A stretch of DNA of 64,000 nt from Methanotrichaceae archaeon (GTDB lineage Archaea; Halobacteriota; Methanosarcinia; Methanotrichales; Methanotrichaceae): positions 128,001-192,000 of the forward strand of contig CAWDLW010000008.1 in the NCBI GenBank assembly GCA_963803145.1, written 5' to 3'. The notes beneath the pieces are model-generated. The model was not told where the DNA came from. It saw only the letters and a list, made by a program, of their open reading frames with translations, and made no database searches. Both the position numbers and the translations under genes were made by a program. This document shows positions 19,484 through 29,382 of this stretch, in pieces. Each line of letters opens with the position of its first letter. Position 1 is the stretch's first letter.

Positions 19484-21007
19484 ATGAGGGCGCTTAGTGG
19501 TGCCGAAGTAAGAATCTTCGATACGACTCTTCGTGACGGCGAACAAACACCGGGCGTCTCTCTGATGCCTGATGAAAAGCTCATTATCGCGAGACAGCTT
19601 GATAAACTCGGTGTAAACATCATCGAGGCGGGTTTTCCGATATCCTCTAAAGGCGAGTTTGAAAGCGTTAAGGCAATCGCCCATGAGGGACTCTCTGCGC
19701 AGATCTGCGGCCTCTCAAGGGTCATCATCAAGGACATCGATGCCAGTCTTGATGCAGACGTCGACCTCGTGCATGTTTTCGTTTCTACCTCAGATATACA
19801 GATAGCCCATACCATCAAGAAGAGCTATGATGAGATCGTTGCAGATTCGGTGAAGGCTGTTGAGCATGTCAAAGATCACGGCAGGATCTGTCTCTTCTCT
19901 GCAATGGATGCCACAAGGACATCGCCTGAGTTTCTTAGAAGAATCTTTGGGGCTGTAGAGGAGGCTGGAGCAGACATAATCAATATTCCGGATACTGTAG
20001 GCGTATGCGTGCCTTCTGCTTTTTACCGCCTCGTCAAGGAAATCTGCGATAACACCCAAAGGATGACTGTAGATGTCCATTGTCATAACGACTTTGGCCT
20101 TGCAGTTGCCAACAGCCTTGCAGCCTTCGAGGCTGGCGCTAGGGAGATCCAGGTCTGCGTCAATGGCCTTGGCGAGAGGGCAGGGAATGCAAATCTTGCC
20201 GAGACTGTGATGAGCCTTCACTCAATCTATGGTGCAAAGACGAGCATAAAAACTGAGTATCTCGTTGAAACTGCAAGGCTTGTTGAGCGGCTCTCCGAGG
20301 TCAGGATTCCAATCACAGCTCCGATCGTAGGCGAGAATGCGTTTTCGCATGAGAGCGGCATTCACAGCCATGGGGTGATAGAGAATAGCAAAACATTTGA
20401 GCCTGGGATCATGACGCCTGAGATGGTCGGCCATAAGAGGCGCATAGTTCTCGGAAAGCATACAGGCCGCCATGCTGTCCGGCAGGTCCTTGGAGAGGCA
20501 GGCTATCACCCCACAGAAGACCAGCTTCAGGATATTCTCAACAGGATCAAGGAGCTTGGAGATAAAGGCAAGCAGATTACGGATGCAGATCTTCAGACGA
20601 TAGCAGACGTGATTATCGGAGAGGTCGCAAAGGGACGCCAGGCTGTAACCCTGAAGGAGGTCTCTGTCATGACAGGGAACATCATTACTCCTACGGCGAC
20701 AGTCAAGGCTCTTGTTCGCGGCAAGGAACGCGTCCTCGCAAATACCGGTGTAGGCCCAGTGGATGCTGCAGTAAAGGCAGTCCAGGGCCTCCTTGACAGC
20801 GATACATCTATACATCTCTGCGACTTCAGGATCGATGCAATATCAGGCGGATCTGATGCCCTGGCAGAGGTAATAATCGGCGTCGAGGATGACCGCGGCA
20901 GGAAGGTCAGCGCACGATCGGCCCGCGAGGATATCGTCATGGCGTCTGTCGAGGCGCTTGTCAGTGCCATCAATCGATTAATGCTTTTGGAGGAAGAGAA
21001 AAGTTGA
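19484..21007 (+). CDS. leuA: 2-isopropylmalate synthase (DRE-TIM plus regulatory domain)
   Basis: [30 protein letters not shown] and GVGPVDA; the paralogue cimA cannot be fully excluded. Confidence 0.8.
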   Translation: MRALSGAEVRIFDTTLRDGEQTPGVSLMPDEKLIIARQLDKLGVNIIEAGFPISSKGEFESVKAIAHEGLSAQICGLSRVIIKDIDASLDADVDLVHVFVSTSDIQIAHTIKKSYDEIVADSVKAVEHVKDHGRICLFSAMDATRTSPEFLRRIFGAVEEAGADIINIPDTVGVCVPSAFYRLVKEICDNTQRMTVDVHCHNDFGLAVANSLAAFEAGAREIQVCVNGLGERAGNANLAETVMSLHSIYGAKTSIKTEYLVETARLVERLSEVRIPITAPIVGENAFSHESGIHSHGVIENSKTFEPGIMTPEMVGHKRRIVLGKHTGRHAVRQVLGEAGYHPTEDQLQDILNRIKELGDKGKQITDADLQTIADVIIGEVAKGRQAVTLKEVSVMTGNIITPTATVKALVRGKERVLANTGVGPVDAAVKAVQGLLDSDTSIHLCDFRIDAISGGSDALAEVIIGVEDDRGRKVSARSAREDIVMASVEALVSAINRLMLLEEEKS

Positions 21008-21768
21008 TACGTTGGGAAATAATCGACTCCCATTGCCACCTCGATTTCAAGCAGTTCAATAAAGATAGAGAGGCTGTGATAGAGCGGGCCCGGGACTGCG
21101 GCATCGTGCTGATGATCAACTCTGGGATTGATCTTGCGAGCAACATAAGATCGCTCAAGATGGCAGAAGAGAACGAATTCATATATCCCACATTGGGGCT
21201 GAACCCCAACTCTTTGGGAAGCCTGAGCGATGATGACCTGAATGCCACGTTAAATCATATGAAGGAGAACGCCGATAAAACCCTAGGGATAGGTGAGGCA
21301 GGGCTGGACTATTACAGATGCTCAGATCAAGCGAGCCGAAGCCGTCAGGCCGATGTCTTTGGACGGGTAATTGAGGTCGCCAGGTCCCTCGACCTTCCTT
21401 TAATCATCCATTCCCGTGACGCCGAGCAGCAGGCTCTTGAGATGGTCAAGGATCTTAACAAGGTCATATTCCACTGCTACGGCGGAACCCTCGGCACAAT
21501 GAAGGAAGCTGTTGACCGCGGTTTTTACATCTCCATAGCGACTGTTATCTGTCATTCGCCTCATCATCAGATCCTGGCAAGAAATGTTCCTCTTGACAGG
21601 CTGCTGGTAGAGACCGATAGCCCATTTTTATCGCCTAGAAAGGGCAGAAATGAGCCGTCTTATGTCCTTGATTCAGTTAGGCTTATAGCGAAGATAAGGG
21701 GCATGCAGCCGTCGGAGATAGCCCGGATAACTAGCGAAAACACAAGGAAGATCTTCGATATTCGCTGA
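21004..21768 (+). CDS. tatD: TatD-family hydrolase
   Basis: DSHCHL, IGEAGLDY, IIHSR and VETDSPF. Confidence 0.95.
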   Translation: MIRWEIIDSHCHLDFKQFNKDREAVIERARDCGIVLMINSGIDLASNIRSLKMAEENEFIYPTLGLNPNSLGSLSDDDLNATLNHMKENADKTLGIGEAGLDYYRCSDQASRSRQADVFGRVIEVARSLDLPLIIHSRDAEQQALEMVKDLNKVIFHCYGGTLGTMKEAVDRGFYISIATVICHSPHHQILARNVPLDRLLVETDSPFLSPRKGRNEPSYVLDSVRLIAKIRGMQPSEIARITSENTRKIFDIR

Positions 21769-21832
21769 TTGTATTAATAGATGGAAAATTATAAGAGATA
21801 GTCGGGCAATACCATAATGGATCAGTGATCTG

Positions 21833-22321
21833 ATGGCAATACACTTCGAACACATCATGAGATATCTGGGCTCCAAAAAGGAAAAAGGGAGAAAGAAGAT
21901 AGGTCTTCTCGTGGACGGCCCCAACATGCTTAGAAAGGAGTTCCAGATGGATCTTGAAGAGATCAGGGACATGCTAAAGGATTACGGCGATATCAAGATG
22001 GGAAAGGTCTTCCTGAATCAGTATGCATCCGATAAGCTTGTCGAGGCTGTGGAAAATCAGGGATTTGAGCCCGTCATCTGTACAAGCGATGTGGATGTGC
22101 GCATGGCAGTTGAGGGCGTGGACATGATCTATAATCCTGTCATAGATACTATTGCCCTCGTCACAAGAGATGCAGATCTCAAGCCAGTGCTCATGAAGGC
22201 AATGGAGCACGGCAAAGAGACGATAATCTTTGGAGCTGAGCCCGGGTTCTCCGTAGCCCTAAAGAATTCGGCGGATTATGTCATAGTTTTACGCGACGGT
22301 CAGTATGTGACGGACGCGTGA
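21833..22321 (+). CDS. Archaeal NYN-domain protein (TIGR00288-like)
   Basis: LVDGPNMLRKE, DVDVRMAVE and TRDAD. Confidence 0.9.
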   Translation: MAIHFEHIMRYLGSKKEKGRKKIGLLVDGPNMLRKEFQMDLEEIRDMLKDYGDIKMGKVFLNQYASDKLVEAVENQGFEPVICTSDVDVRMAVEGVDMIYNPVIDTIALVTRDADLKPVLMKAMEHGKETIIFGAEPGFSVALKNSADYVIVLRDGQYVTDA

Positions 22322-22390
22322 TTAATGGACGCATGATCGTTCAGACGAACGCTTTTTAATGATATCGAGTAGATTTATTTAGGAGCTAAA

Positions 22391-23161
22391 TTGAGTCACA
22401 CTATAAATCAGGGAAATCACGCCCAAGGCATAATAAATGGTTCCTATAGCTTTGACTGGCGCTTGCGTCTCTCAGGCTTCTTCCCCTCTTTAGCTCCTAT
22501 CGGACAGAGAGTTGACTACCGACACAAGAACGGGGATAACTCCAGGCCCTGGGAGAGCTCGAGCTGGCGGGATAGGATACCATCGGTACCTGGTCTGCCT
22601 GTGTCTTATACAGGCGTGATCTTACTATTATGCGTAATAGTATTCTTCATAAGCCTAATAGCCCCAGGCTTTGTTTACACTAATCTTGCACTGAACCCTG
22701 CCGATCTAATGCAGAAGCCCTGGACGATTATAACACACATGTTCGTCCACGCAAACTTTGATCACCTTTTCTGGAATATGCTCTTCTTATTTTTCTTCGG
22801 AACTGAACTTGAGCGGCGTATCGGAGAAGGTAAATTCTTAGGAATATATCTATTATCAGGGATAGTGGCAGCTACTGGTCAAATACTTCTTGTGCCCACA
22901 GGAACGCTTGTAGGTGCGAGCGGTGCATTATATGGCGTTCTCGGATGCCTGGCTATAATTGCGCCTGAAATTCGTGTATTCCTTTTCTTTATCATACCTA
23001 TGACCATAAGGTGGGCAGTTGTGCTCTTTGCAGTTATTGATTTCCTGATGTCCGGGACATCGGATAACATAGCTCATGCAGCCCACCTGTCGGGGCTGGC
23101 TTTAGGATTGATAATCGGTTACATGATGAAGAAAGGGCAGCCTAGTTATTATCATGTCTAA
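22391..23161 (+). CDS. Rhomboid intramembrane serine protease
   Basis: HMFVHA..HL..NM, GASG and AHLSG; true start uncertain. Confidence 0.93.
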   Translation: MSHTINQGNHAQGIINGSYSFDWRLRLSGFFPSLAPIGQRVDYRHKNGDNSRPWESSSWRDRIPSVPGLPVSYTGVILLLCVIVFFISLIAPGFVYTNLALNPADLMQKPWTIITHMFVHANFDHLFWNMLFLFFFGTELERRIGEGKFLGIYLLSGIVAATGQILLVPTGTLVGASGALYGVLGCLAIIAPEIRVFLFFIIPMTIRWAVVLFAVIDFLMSGTSDNIAHAAHLSGLALGLIIGYMMKKGQPSYYHV

Positions 23162-23188
23162 GCATTGATCCCAAACAAAGATCGAGAA

Positions 23189-23341
23189 ATGAGAAAACCT
23201 ATGATACCTGTAAATGGGATGAAGACGCAGGAGGAGAATTTAATCACTGGAATCACTAAGGGTTTAGAGGACTTCATCGAGGGCCGATGCATGTATTTTA
23301 AGAACGATGAGGAACTGGAAGCCTACCTAATAAGCTTTTAA
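23189..23341 (+). CDS. Small orphan antitoxin-like ORF (50 aa)
   Basis: Manual translation MRKPMIPVNGMKTQEENLITGITKGLEDFIEGRCMYFKNDEELEAYLISF. Confidence 0.4.
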   Translation: MRKPMIPVNGMKTQEENLITGITKGLEDFIEGRCMYFKNDEELEAYLISF

Positions 23342-23416
23342 ATTCATAATTCTAGATCTATTATTAACTAATAATTTAAGCAGACCACTAAAAGCTCATC
23401 GAAAAGGTCTATGTAA

Positions 23417-25225
23417 TCAGCGCCCCCAGAAGGGCTCTTTCTTGCGTTTGATCTCCAGGAACTTCTCCAGCACCTCACGCTCGTCCTCATTGAGCTTTGG
23501 CTTCAGCTCCTGTTCAACGATTCGTGCGTGCTTCTCGGGAATATTGATGTAAAGTATATCTCCCTCATGGATCTGACGGCCGACGGTCGGGCCGTCAATG
23601 GATATCGCAATCTCCTGTCCGACGGTCGCAGATCCTACATTCTCATTGTGCGCCTGAATTCCCTTGATGGCTCCAACGTTTGCGCCATCTTCTCTCATGA
23701 GGTTTGTCTGTGTCCTGATCACTCCGCCGATGACCTGAACGCCAACGATTGCAGGCTTTGACTGCCTGAAGACGCAGTCGGGCAGAAGGCGTACAGCTCC
23801 AGGTCGTATGACAGCCTCGAGCCGTTCCTGTTCAATCTTCATCTTCTGCGCATCAACCCAGGCGCTATAATCATCGATCAGAGAGTAGATGATGTTGCTT
23901 GTGAAAACAGGAACATCGGTCTTCTGAATCTCAGATATCGCATCAGGCAGAATCTCAACATTGAATGCAAGGATAGCTTTCAGAAGCAGATCTTTGATGG
24001 AGTTTGCCCTTATAACATCTCTGCGGGTTATCGGGCCGACATCTGCCATATGAATAGGAATCTCTTTGTCCCTCAGCTCGCCAACGATGGCTTCAAGTGT
24101 GCCGATGGTATCTGTCTTCAGGATCACGCCTTCTATCCCGGTGTCGATCCTGACAGATTCAAGCTCTGACTTCATCTCTTTGGATATCGCCTCGACATCA
24201 TCCGATGGGCCGACTACCCTGATCGTCGATCCTGCAAGAGCGCCCTCCAGCTTTGGGGCTGAGATCTTGATTCCGCTTGCTGCAACGACATGTCTCACAG
24301 GCATGAACTTCTCCTCGTTCCTGATCTCTGAGAGAGGCTTTGGCTTGAGAAGTGCACGCACTTTAGTAACCATCGGATCACGGGCAGTCCCGACGATTAC
24401 AGTATCGCCTGATCTGATCTCGCCGTCGTATAGTATGACATCCAGGGTAGTTCCAAGGCCGCGCTCCTCCTTGACTTCGAGTATTGTCCCAACGCCTGGA
24501 CCTGATGCGGTGACTCGCAGGCTATCTTTCAAAAATCTCTGGGCAAGGCCTACCAAAACCATAAGCAGGTCGGGCACGCCTTCACCTGTGACTGCGCTGA
24601 TAGGGACGATGCCTACTGTCTTTGTAAAATCGCGGATTCTGTCATATCTGTCGGCATCAAATCCATACTTGTAAAGCTCTCCGACCAATTCATATATTCT
24701 TCCATCGAGCTCTTCGACGACCCTCTCACTCTGGTTCTTCATGCTCTTTGCAAACGGTGCATTTTCAATAGGTCGCCAGCCGCTTATTCGATCTATCTTG
24801 TTGGCCGCGACAACAAAGGGCGTCTTATATCTTTTGAGGATATTCAGGGATTCTATTGTCTGGGGCTGGAAGCCCTCGTTCACGTCGACTATGAGAACAG
24901 CCAGATCAGCAAGCGATCCCCCGCGACTCCGCAGTGACGTGAATGCCCTGTGGCCTGGCGTGTCTATGAAGAGAAGTCCTGGAACCTGTAGTTCGGCTCC
25001 AAAGTGTGCACCGCAGAAATCCTGTATCAGATCCAAGGGAACCTCTGTTGCCCCGATATGCTGGGTGATCAGGCCTGCCTCAAACTTAGCCACAGTAGTT
25101 CCGCGGATTTTATCGAGCAGCGTAGTCTTTCCGTGGTCTACATGTCCCATTACTACTACTATTGGGGTTCTCAGGTTGGTTTCCTGCATGCCCTTTGATT
25201 TGCTGCCCTTCTTTGACTTCTGCAT
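23417..25225 (-). CDS. infB: Translation initiation factor aIF5B/IF-2
   Basis: GHVDHGKTT, ITQHIGA, DTPGH and NKID. Confidence 0.98.
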   Translation of the reverse strand: MQKSKKGSKSKGMQETNLRTPIVVVMGHVDHGKTTLLDKIRGTTVAKFEAGLITQHIGATEVPLDLIQDFCGAHFGAELQVPGLLFIDTPGHRAFTSLRSRGGSLADLAVLIVDVNEGFQPQTIESLNILKRYKTPFVVAANKIDRISGWRPIENAPFAKSMKNQSERVVEELDGRIYELVGELYKYGFDADRYDRIRDFTKTVGIVPISAVTGEGVPDLLMVLVGLAQRFLKDSLRVTASGPGVGTILEVKEERGLGTTLDVILYDGEIRSGDTVIVGTARDPMVTKVRALLKPKPLSEIRNEEKFMPVRHVVAASGIKISAPKLEGALAGSTIRVVGPSDDVEAISKEMKSELESVRIDTGIEGVILKTDTIGTLEAIVGELRDKEIPIHMADVGPITRRDVIRANSIKDLLLKAILAFNVEILPDAISEIQKTDVPVFTSNIIYSLIDDYSAWVDAQKMKIEQERLEAVIRPGAVRLLPDCVFRQSKPAIVGVQVIGGVIRTQTNLMREDGANVGAIKGIQAHNENVGSATVGQEIAISIDGPTVGRQIHEGDILYINIPEKHARIVEQELKPKLNEDEREVLEKFLEIKRKKEPFWGR

Positions 25226-25417
25226 ACTTGTTCTCTTATGCTTTTTACATTCTTTACGTTCTTATTCTTTGGTACTCTTATGCCTTTTTCTTTGATACCT
25301 TTGAGCCTTAGGATATTTCTTGGATATTTTTTCTCTAAAAATAGGTTTTATTTCTGGAATTTAAAGTCTCTGTAAGAGACGGCAAGTCCGATCTGCCTTC
25401 CCTTACATTACTTGTGC

Positions 25418-25867
25418 TTACTCGTAGAGCCAGGCTTCGTCTATCCGCTTGTAATCGATTATCTCTGATTTATCAAAATGAAGCGCAATTTCGCGAGCTG
25501 CGGATGTGAGGGAGTCTGAGCCGTGAACTACATTTCGTCCTGTCTCAATTCCAAAGTCGCCTCTGATTGTGCCAGGAGCAGCCTCAGCAGGATTTGTCGA
25601 GCCGTTCATCTTCCTCATCGCAGCTACTACACCCCTGCCTTCGACAACCATTGAGACAGAGGGGCCCGAGGTTATGAAGCCCACAAGATCGCCGAAGAAC
25701 TTCTTGCCTTTATGCTCGGCATAATGCTCCTCGGCCTTCTCCCTGGACATTGTGGCGAGCTTCATGGCCACAATCTTAAAGCCCTTTCTCTCAATCCTCT
25801 GGATTATGTTGCCGACCAGCCCGCGCTGAACTCCGTCTGGCTTGACCATCACAAAGGTCCTTTCCAT
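25418..25867 (-). CDS. ndk: Nucleoside diphosphate kinase
   Basis: [17 protein letters not shown] and NVVHGSD. Confidence 0.98.
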   Translation of the reverse strand: MERTFVMVKPDGVQRGLVGNIIQRIERKGFKIVAMKLATMSREKAEEHYAEHKGKKFFGDLVGFITSGPSVSMVVEGRGVVAAMRKMNGSTNPAEAAPGTIRGDFGIETGRNVVHGSDSLTSAAREIALHFDKSEIIDYKRIDEAWLYE

Positions 25868-25906
25868 TTCTGCAGCCAGGTTCTATGCCCCCTTAAACTT
25901 AAGCAC

Positions 25907-26089
25907 CTATGTGTTCTTAGCTGTACCCTTTCTGGCCCATTTGATGCGTCGGGTCACGCGGCCAAGTCGCACATTGTTCTCGCATTTGGATGAGCAGAAA
26001 TAATAAACAGTACCGTCCTTCTTGGCATAGAGCTTGCCTGTTCCCGGCTCGATTACTCTGCTGCAGAAGGAGCACTTTCTTTCTTCCAT
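25907..26089 (-). CDS. rpl24e: 50S ribosomal protein L24e
   Basis: CSFC..IEPGTG...FCSSKC. Confidence 0.97.
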   Translation of the reverse strand: MEERKCSFCSRVIEPGTGKLYAKKDGTVYYFCSSKCENNVRLGRVTRRIKWARKGTAKNT

Positions 26090-26096
26090 CTCTTCT

Positions 26097-26309
26097 TCAC
26101 CTGCTGGTCAGCTTCTTGGCCTCTCTGGCGGTCTCCAGCAGCATTAGAACATCTCCCATACGGATGGGTCCCATACAGTTCCTTGTTATGATCCGTCCTT
26201 TATTGCTGCCCTCGAGAATCCTGCATTTGATCTGGGTCGCCTCGCCATGCATGCCGGTAACACCAATGATCTCGATAATCTCTGCAGGAACGCCTCCTTC
26301 ATCTTCCAC
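26097..26309 (-). CDS. rps28e: 30S ribosomal protein S28e
   Basis: [15 protein letters not shown]...LLETAREA. Confidence 0.97.
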   Translation of the reverse strand: MEDEGGVPAEIIEIIGVTGMHGEATQIKCRILEGSNKGRIITRNCMGPIRMGDVLMLLETAREAKKLTSR

Positions 26310-26319
26310 TGTTAATCAC

Positions 26320-26688
26320 CTACTTCAGAGCCTGTACCTTTTGGATGATCTCTTCGACCAGCTCTTTTCCCTTTCCGGGCTCGACGATGGCGGCGGCTGC
26401 GCTCTTAACGCCGAGGCCTGCAGCGGAGCCTATCTCGCTCTGTTTTTTGATGTAGATATAAGGCGTTTTCTTCTCTTCGCAGAGTGCAGGAATATGAGCT
26501 ACAATTTCGGGGGGCTGAACATCCTCGCCAATTACGACCAATCGGGCAACGCCGCGCTCGATGGCCTTGGTGGCCTCATTGGTCCCCTTCTTTATTCTGC
26601 CTGTATCACGAGCCAGCTCAAGTGCCTCGATGGACTTTGCAGCGAGCTCAGCTGGAACATCGAATCTTACGTATATCGGTCTAGCCAT
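26320..26688 (-). CDS. rpl7ae: 50S ribosomal protein L7Ae
   Basis: [14 protein letters not shown] and [11 protein letters not shown]. Confidence 0.98.
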   Translation of the reverse strand: MARPIYVRFDVPAELAAKSIEALELARDTGRIKKGTNEATKAIERGVARLVVIGEDVQPPEIVAHIPALCEEKKTPYIYIKKQSEIGSAAGLGVKSAAAAIVEPGKGKELVEEIIQKVQALK

Positions 26689-26701
26689 AACTAATTCTCC
26701 T

Positions 26702-26761
26702 TCAGGGCGCGAATAGGCCCATCATCATTCATCGTTAGTCTAAAATCGTCTTAAAGACTAA
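26702..26761 (-). promoter_or_regulatory. Putative K-turn (box C/D-like) L7Ae autoregulatory element in the 5' UTR
   Basis: Minus strand ATGATGA-TGGGC-N8-GCCCTGA sits immediately before the AGGAG SD; upstream hairpin TTAGTCT...AGACTAA. Confidence 0.7.
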
Positions 26762-26823
26762 ATGAGGCTGATCTTTCTCCTGTAAAAAGGTTGCGCTACA
26801 GCCTCATGAGCAGCCTCGTAAGC

Positions 26824-27693
26824 TCACGGTTTCATGAAAGCCTGGAGCGCATTCTTTAAGCTGCCGTCCGGAACTGTACCCGAGACCTCTGTCAGGGAGC
26901 CCTTATTCGAGAGGAACAGGCCATACTGCCCTGCAATTCCCTTGATTTTATCCAAAGCAGCCGTGTCCGGGCTCAAGTATTTGGCATCGAGGCTGTATCC
27001 GCTATCGATCTTGCTCACTCCCAGGTAGAACTCCTTATATCCGCCGCCAAGCGTCACGTTCATACCTCCAGTGCTTTTGCCGAGAGCAGCAAACTGCAGA
27101 TCTGCGATCTCGCCCTGAGGAAGTGTGAACTTATCTGAGGATAGGTTACTTCCTGAAATAACGTTAATTACGTTCTCAAGGCCCTTATTAGGCCCGAAGA
27201 TTGTCGGCCTTCCCATTACTGCGGAATAATCTGCGGTGCTGGGGATCAGCATGTAGCCCTGGTAGGGCAATACTATGCCGTCATAGCCCACATGGAACGG
27301 CCTGATCCAGTGGAACTCAGCGAATGTGTTGTTAAAGTAGGCGACTGCAAATCTTTCGATACTGACTGGATAAAGCTGCGACCCATAGCTCAATGCGAGC
27401 GATGGTGGGAGGGCTGCCTGGGCAGCGCCCGTCAGATTTTGACTGGCGCTTGTGTTCAGCCAATATGCCATTGTCGTGTTCTCAGGACACATCGCAAGTG
27501 TATCTTCCAAGCTATTGAAGCTCGAATCTACAAGACTGCCTTGTACTCCAAAGGTGTCAAGGGACACCGGTCCTGCTGTAGCTACAGCGTTCACGCCTTG
27601 ATCGTTGCCTCGAAGAATGAAGCCCGCGAAGGCCGAGAGGACCATTATTCCCCCAACGAAGATCGCAAATACCTTCTGATTCATCTTGCACAT
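26824..27693 (-). CDS. Secreted or membrane-anchored hypothetical protein
   Basis: N-terminal hydrophobic helix; 289 aa. Confidence 0.7.
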   Translation of the reverse strand: MCKMNQKVFAIFVGGIMVLSAFAGFILRGNDQGVNAVATAGPVSLDTFGVQGSLVDSSFNSLEDTLAMCPENTTMAYWLNTSASQNLTGAAQAALPPSLALSYGSQLYPVSIERFAVAYFNNTFAEFHWIRPFHVGYDGIVLPYQGYMLIPSTADYSAVMGRPTIFGPNKGLENVINVISGSNLSSDKFTLPQGEIADLQFAALGKSTGGMNVTLGGGYKEFYLGVSKIDSGYSLDAKYLSPDTAALDKIKGIAGQYGLFLSNKGSLTEVSGTVPDGSLKNALQAFMKP

Positions 27694-27711
27694 TCGTGGG
27701 GTCCTTATTAT

Positions 27712-29160
27712 TTATCTCTTTTCTGGCAGAATTGGCTCATCCTGGACGAACCCTCTTCCTAAGGCTAAAGCAATCTCAGCCTTCTCGAGCTCTCGGCCAA
27801 GGTAGCCTGCATGATCCAGCCGCGAAATTAGCTTTCGGTCTATAATATTATTCAAAATGTCTCTCGAATTTGTGCCTACAATCCTTACCCTCGCATGCTC
27901 TGCTACAATCAATCCCTCCGCGATGAATATCCTGAAGCTGCCCATGGGATCGGGCTCATACTTATGTGAGCCTGATGCCTCTACGAAATCATCCGGAATC
28001 GCCTCTTCGAATCTGCGCCTTTTCTCTTTTAAGATAAGAAGATCTATACCAAGATCTTTGGGAGGAGCTTTACGCCAGCTCGCAAGCTGCATCATGTCAG
28101 CTGCAGTCTTAAGCTCGCTAACACTTCCCTTGGCCTTCTGGCTATACTCAGGCGTGAAGAGAATACTTGCCCCCATCTCTGCGCCGAGAGCTGTCAGGAG
28201 CGCGTTTACTCCTTGAGAGTCTGCGTCCATTAGCTCTGTAACGTTTCCAGCTCCAAAGAAAAGCGGTACATCAGGATGATCCCTTTTGAATTTGATGTAG
28301 CTTTGTAGAGATGCCGCGAGTCCTTGAAGCGGCGGGCTCAGCACAGGATCCGCTATGGTCTTTATGCCCAGGGCTTGTGCAGCCAATAAGTTTTCTTCCA
28401 GGCTGATTTGGCCAGGGCCCGGTATTACAACTGCTATTGTACCTGCTTTTGCAATGGCGTCTCCCACACGCGGCAGGTTCTCGCCGTTCAGACTTAAAAT
28501 GAGATCTGCGCCAGCGAGAGCGCCTGCGAGGATTAAATCAGGCCTGACGGCATCCACACTTATCGGCAGATCCGTTGCGCCTCTAGCGGTTTTGATAGCT
28601 TCAGCGACCCCATTAGGCTCCGCATCCAGAGGCAGGCCGAGGTCTATCATATCTGCCCCTTGATCCTCGTAGTAGCATATTTTCCTCACAAGATCATCGT
28701 GATCAAGCCTTGTCGCATCGACTATCTCTGCCAGAACTTTCATCCTTGAACTGCCGCCGATTTTGACGTTTTTTATCATAAGATTTTGAGTTGCCTCAGA
28801 CTCAAGCTGCTGAAGCGCAGACTTTGCTTCCCTTTTCAGTCTCTCCTCAAAGAGGACGCAGGCAGGCACAGTGTGCGAAAGCTCAATCTCGTCCAGGTGT
28901 GCGAGAACAAAGCCCAGGTCGGCAGCATGTTTAGGGCCCAGCCTGATCTTTGTATCAAGAGCTTTCTCGGCCTTTGTGAAGTCGGCGGTAATGGCTCCCG
29001 GAACAAGGATGAGATCATAACCCTTTGGGGCAGAGGAAACAAGTATCTCAGGAGTTATGAATGCAGCTATATCCAGGTCGAGCACGAGTACATCTGTCCC
29101 ACGTGCTGAATCCATTACGAGATCTTGGGCGAGCCTTCCCGTGACGACGAGAATCTTCAT
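27712..29160 (-). CDS. Dihydropteroate synthase-related protein with a C-terminal DUF4346-like domain
   Basis: MKILVVTGRLA, GADMIDLG, GNVTELMDADS and HAGYLGRELEKAE. Confidence 0.88.
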   Translation of the reverse strand: MKILVVTGRLAQDLVMDSARGTDVLVLDLDIAAFITPEILVSSAPKGYDLILVPGAITADFTKAEKALDTKIRLGPKHAADLGFVLAHLDEIELSHTVPACVLFEERLKREAKSALQQLESEATQNLMIKNVKIGGSSRMKVLAEIVDATRLDHDDLVRKICYYEDQGADMIDLGLPLDAEPNGVAEAIKTARGATDLPISVDAVRPDLILAGALAGADLILSLNGENLPRVGDAIAKAGTIAVVIPGPGQISLEENLLAAQALGIKTIADPVLSPPLQGLAASLQSYIKFKRDHPDVPLFFGAGNVTELMDADSQGVNALLTALGAEMGASILFTPEYSQKAKGSVSELKTAADMMQLASWRKAPPKDLGIDLLILKEKRRRFEEAIPDDFVEASGSHKYEPDPMGSFRIFIAEGLIVAEHARVRIVGTNSRDILNNIIDRKLISRLDHAGYLGRELEKAEIALALGRGFVQDEPILPEKR

Positions 29161-29382
29161 GCGCTTGGGATATACCTCAAGGCTAAAAACCCTATCCGAA
29201 AACGAAAGAGGCAGATGAATTTGGCCTATTTTGTTATAGAAATTTAGTCATGACGATACCAGAAGAGAGATAATACTAAATAGTTGGATACTTAATTAAT
29301 GAAAAATTAAAGAAGCTATTGCTTTTCGGCTGACATAACAGAGCTGTGAGGAAGCCCAGGAATACAGCTGGCTCTCCTTGCT

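Noticed and set aside
25226-25330. Short repeats (AAAAGCATAAGAG-like) upstream of infB
   Set aside because: Low-complexity purine-rich sequence with two imperfect copies; no support for function.
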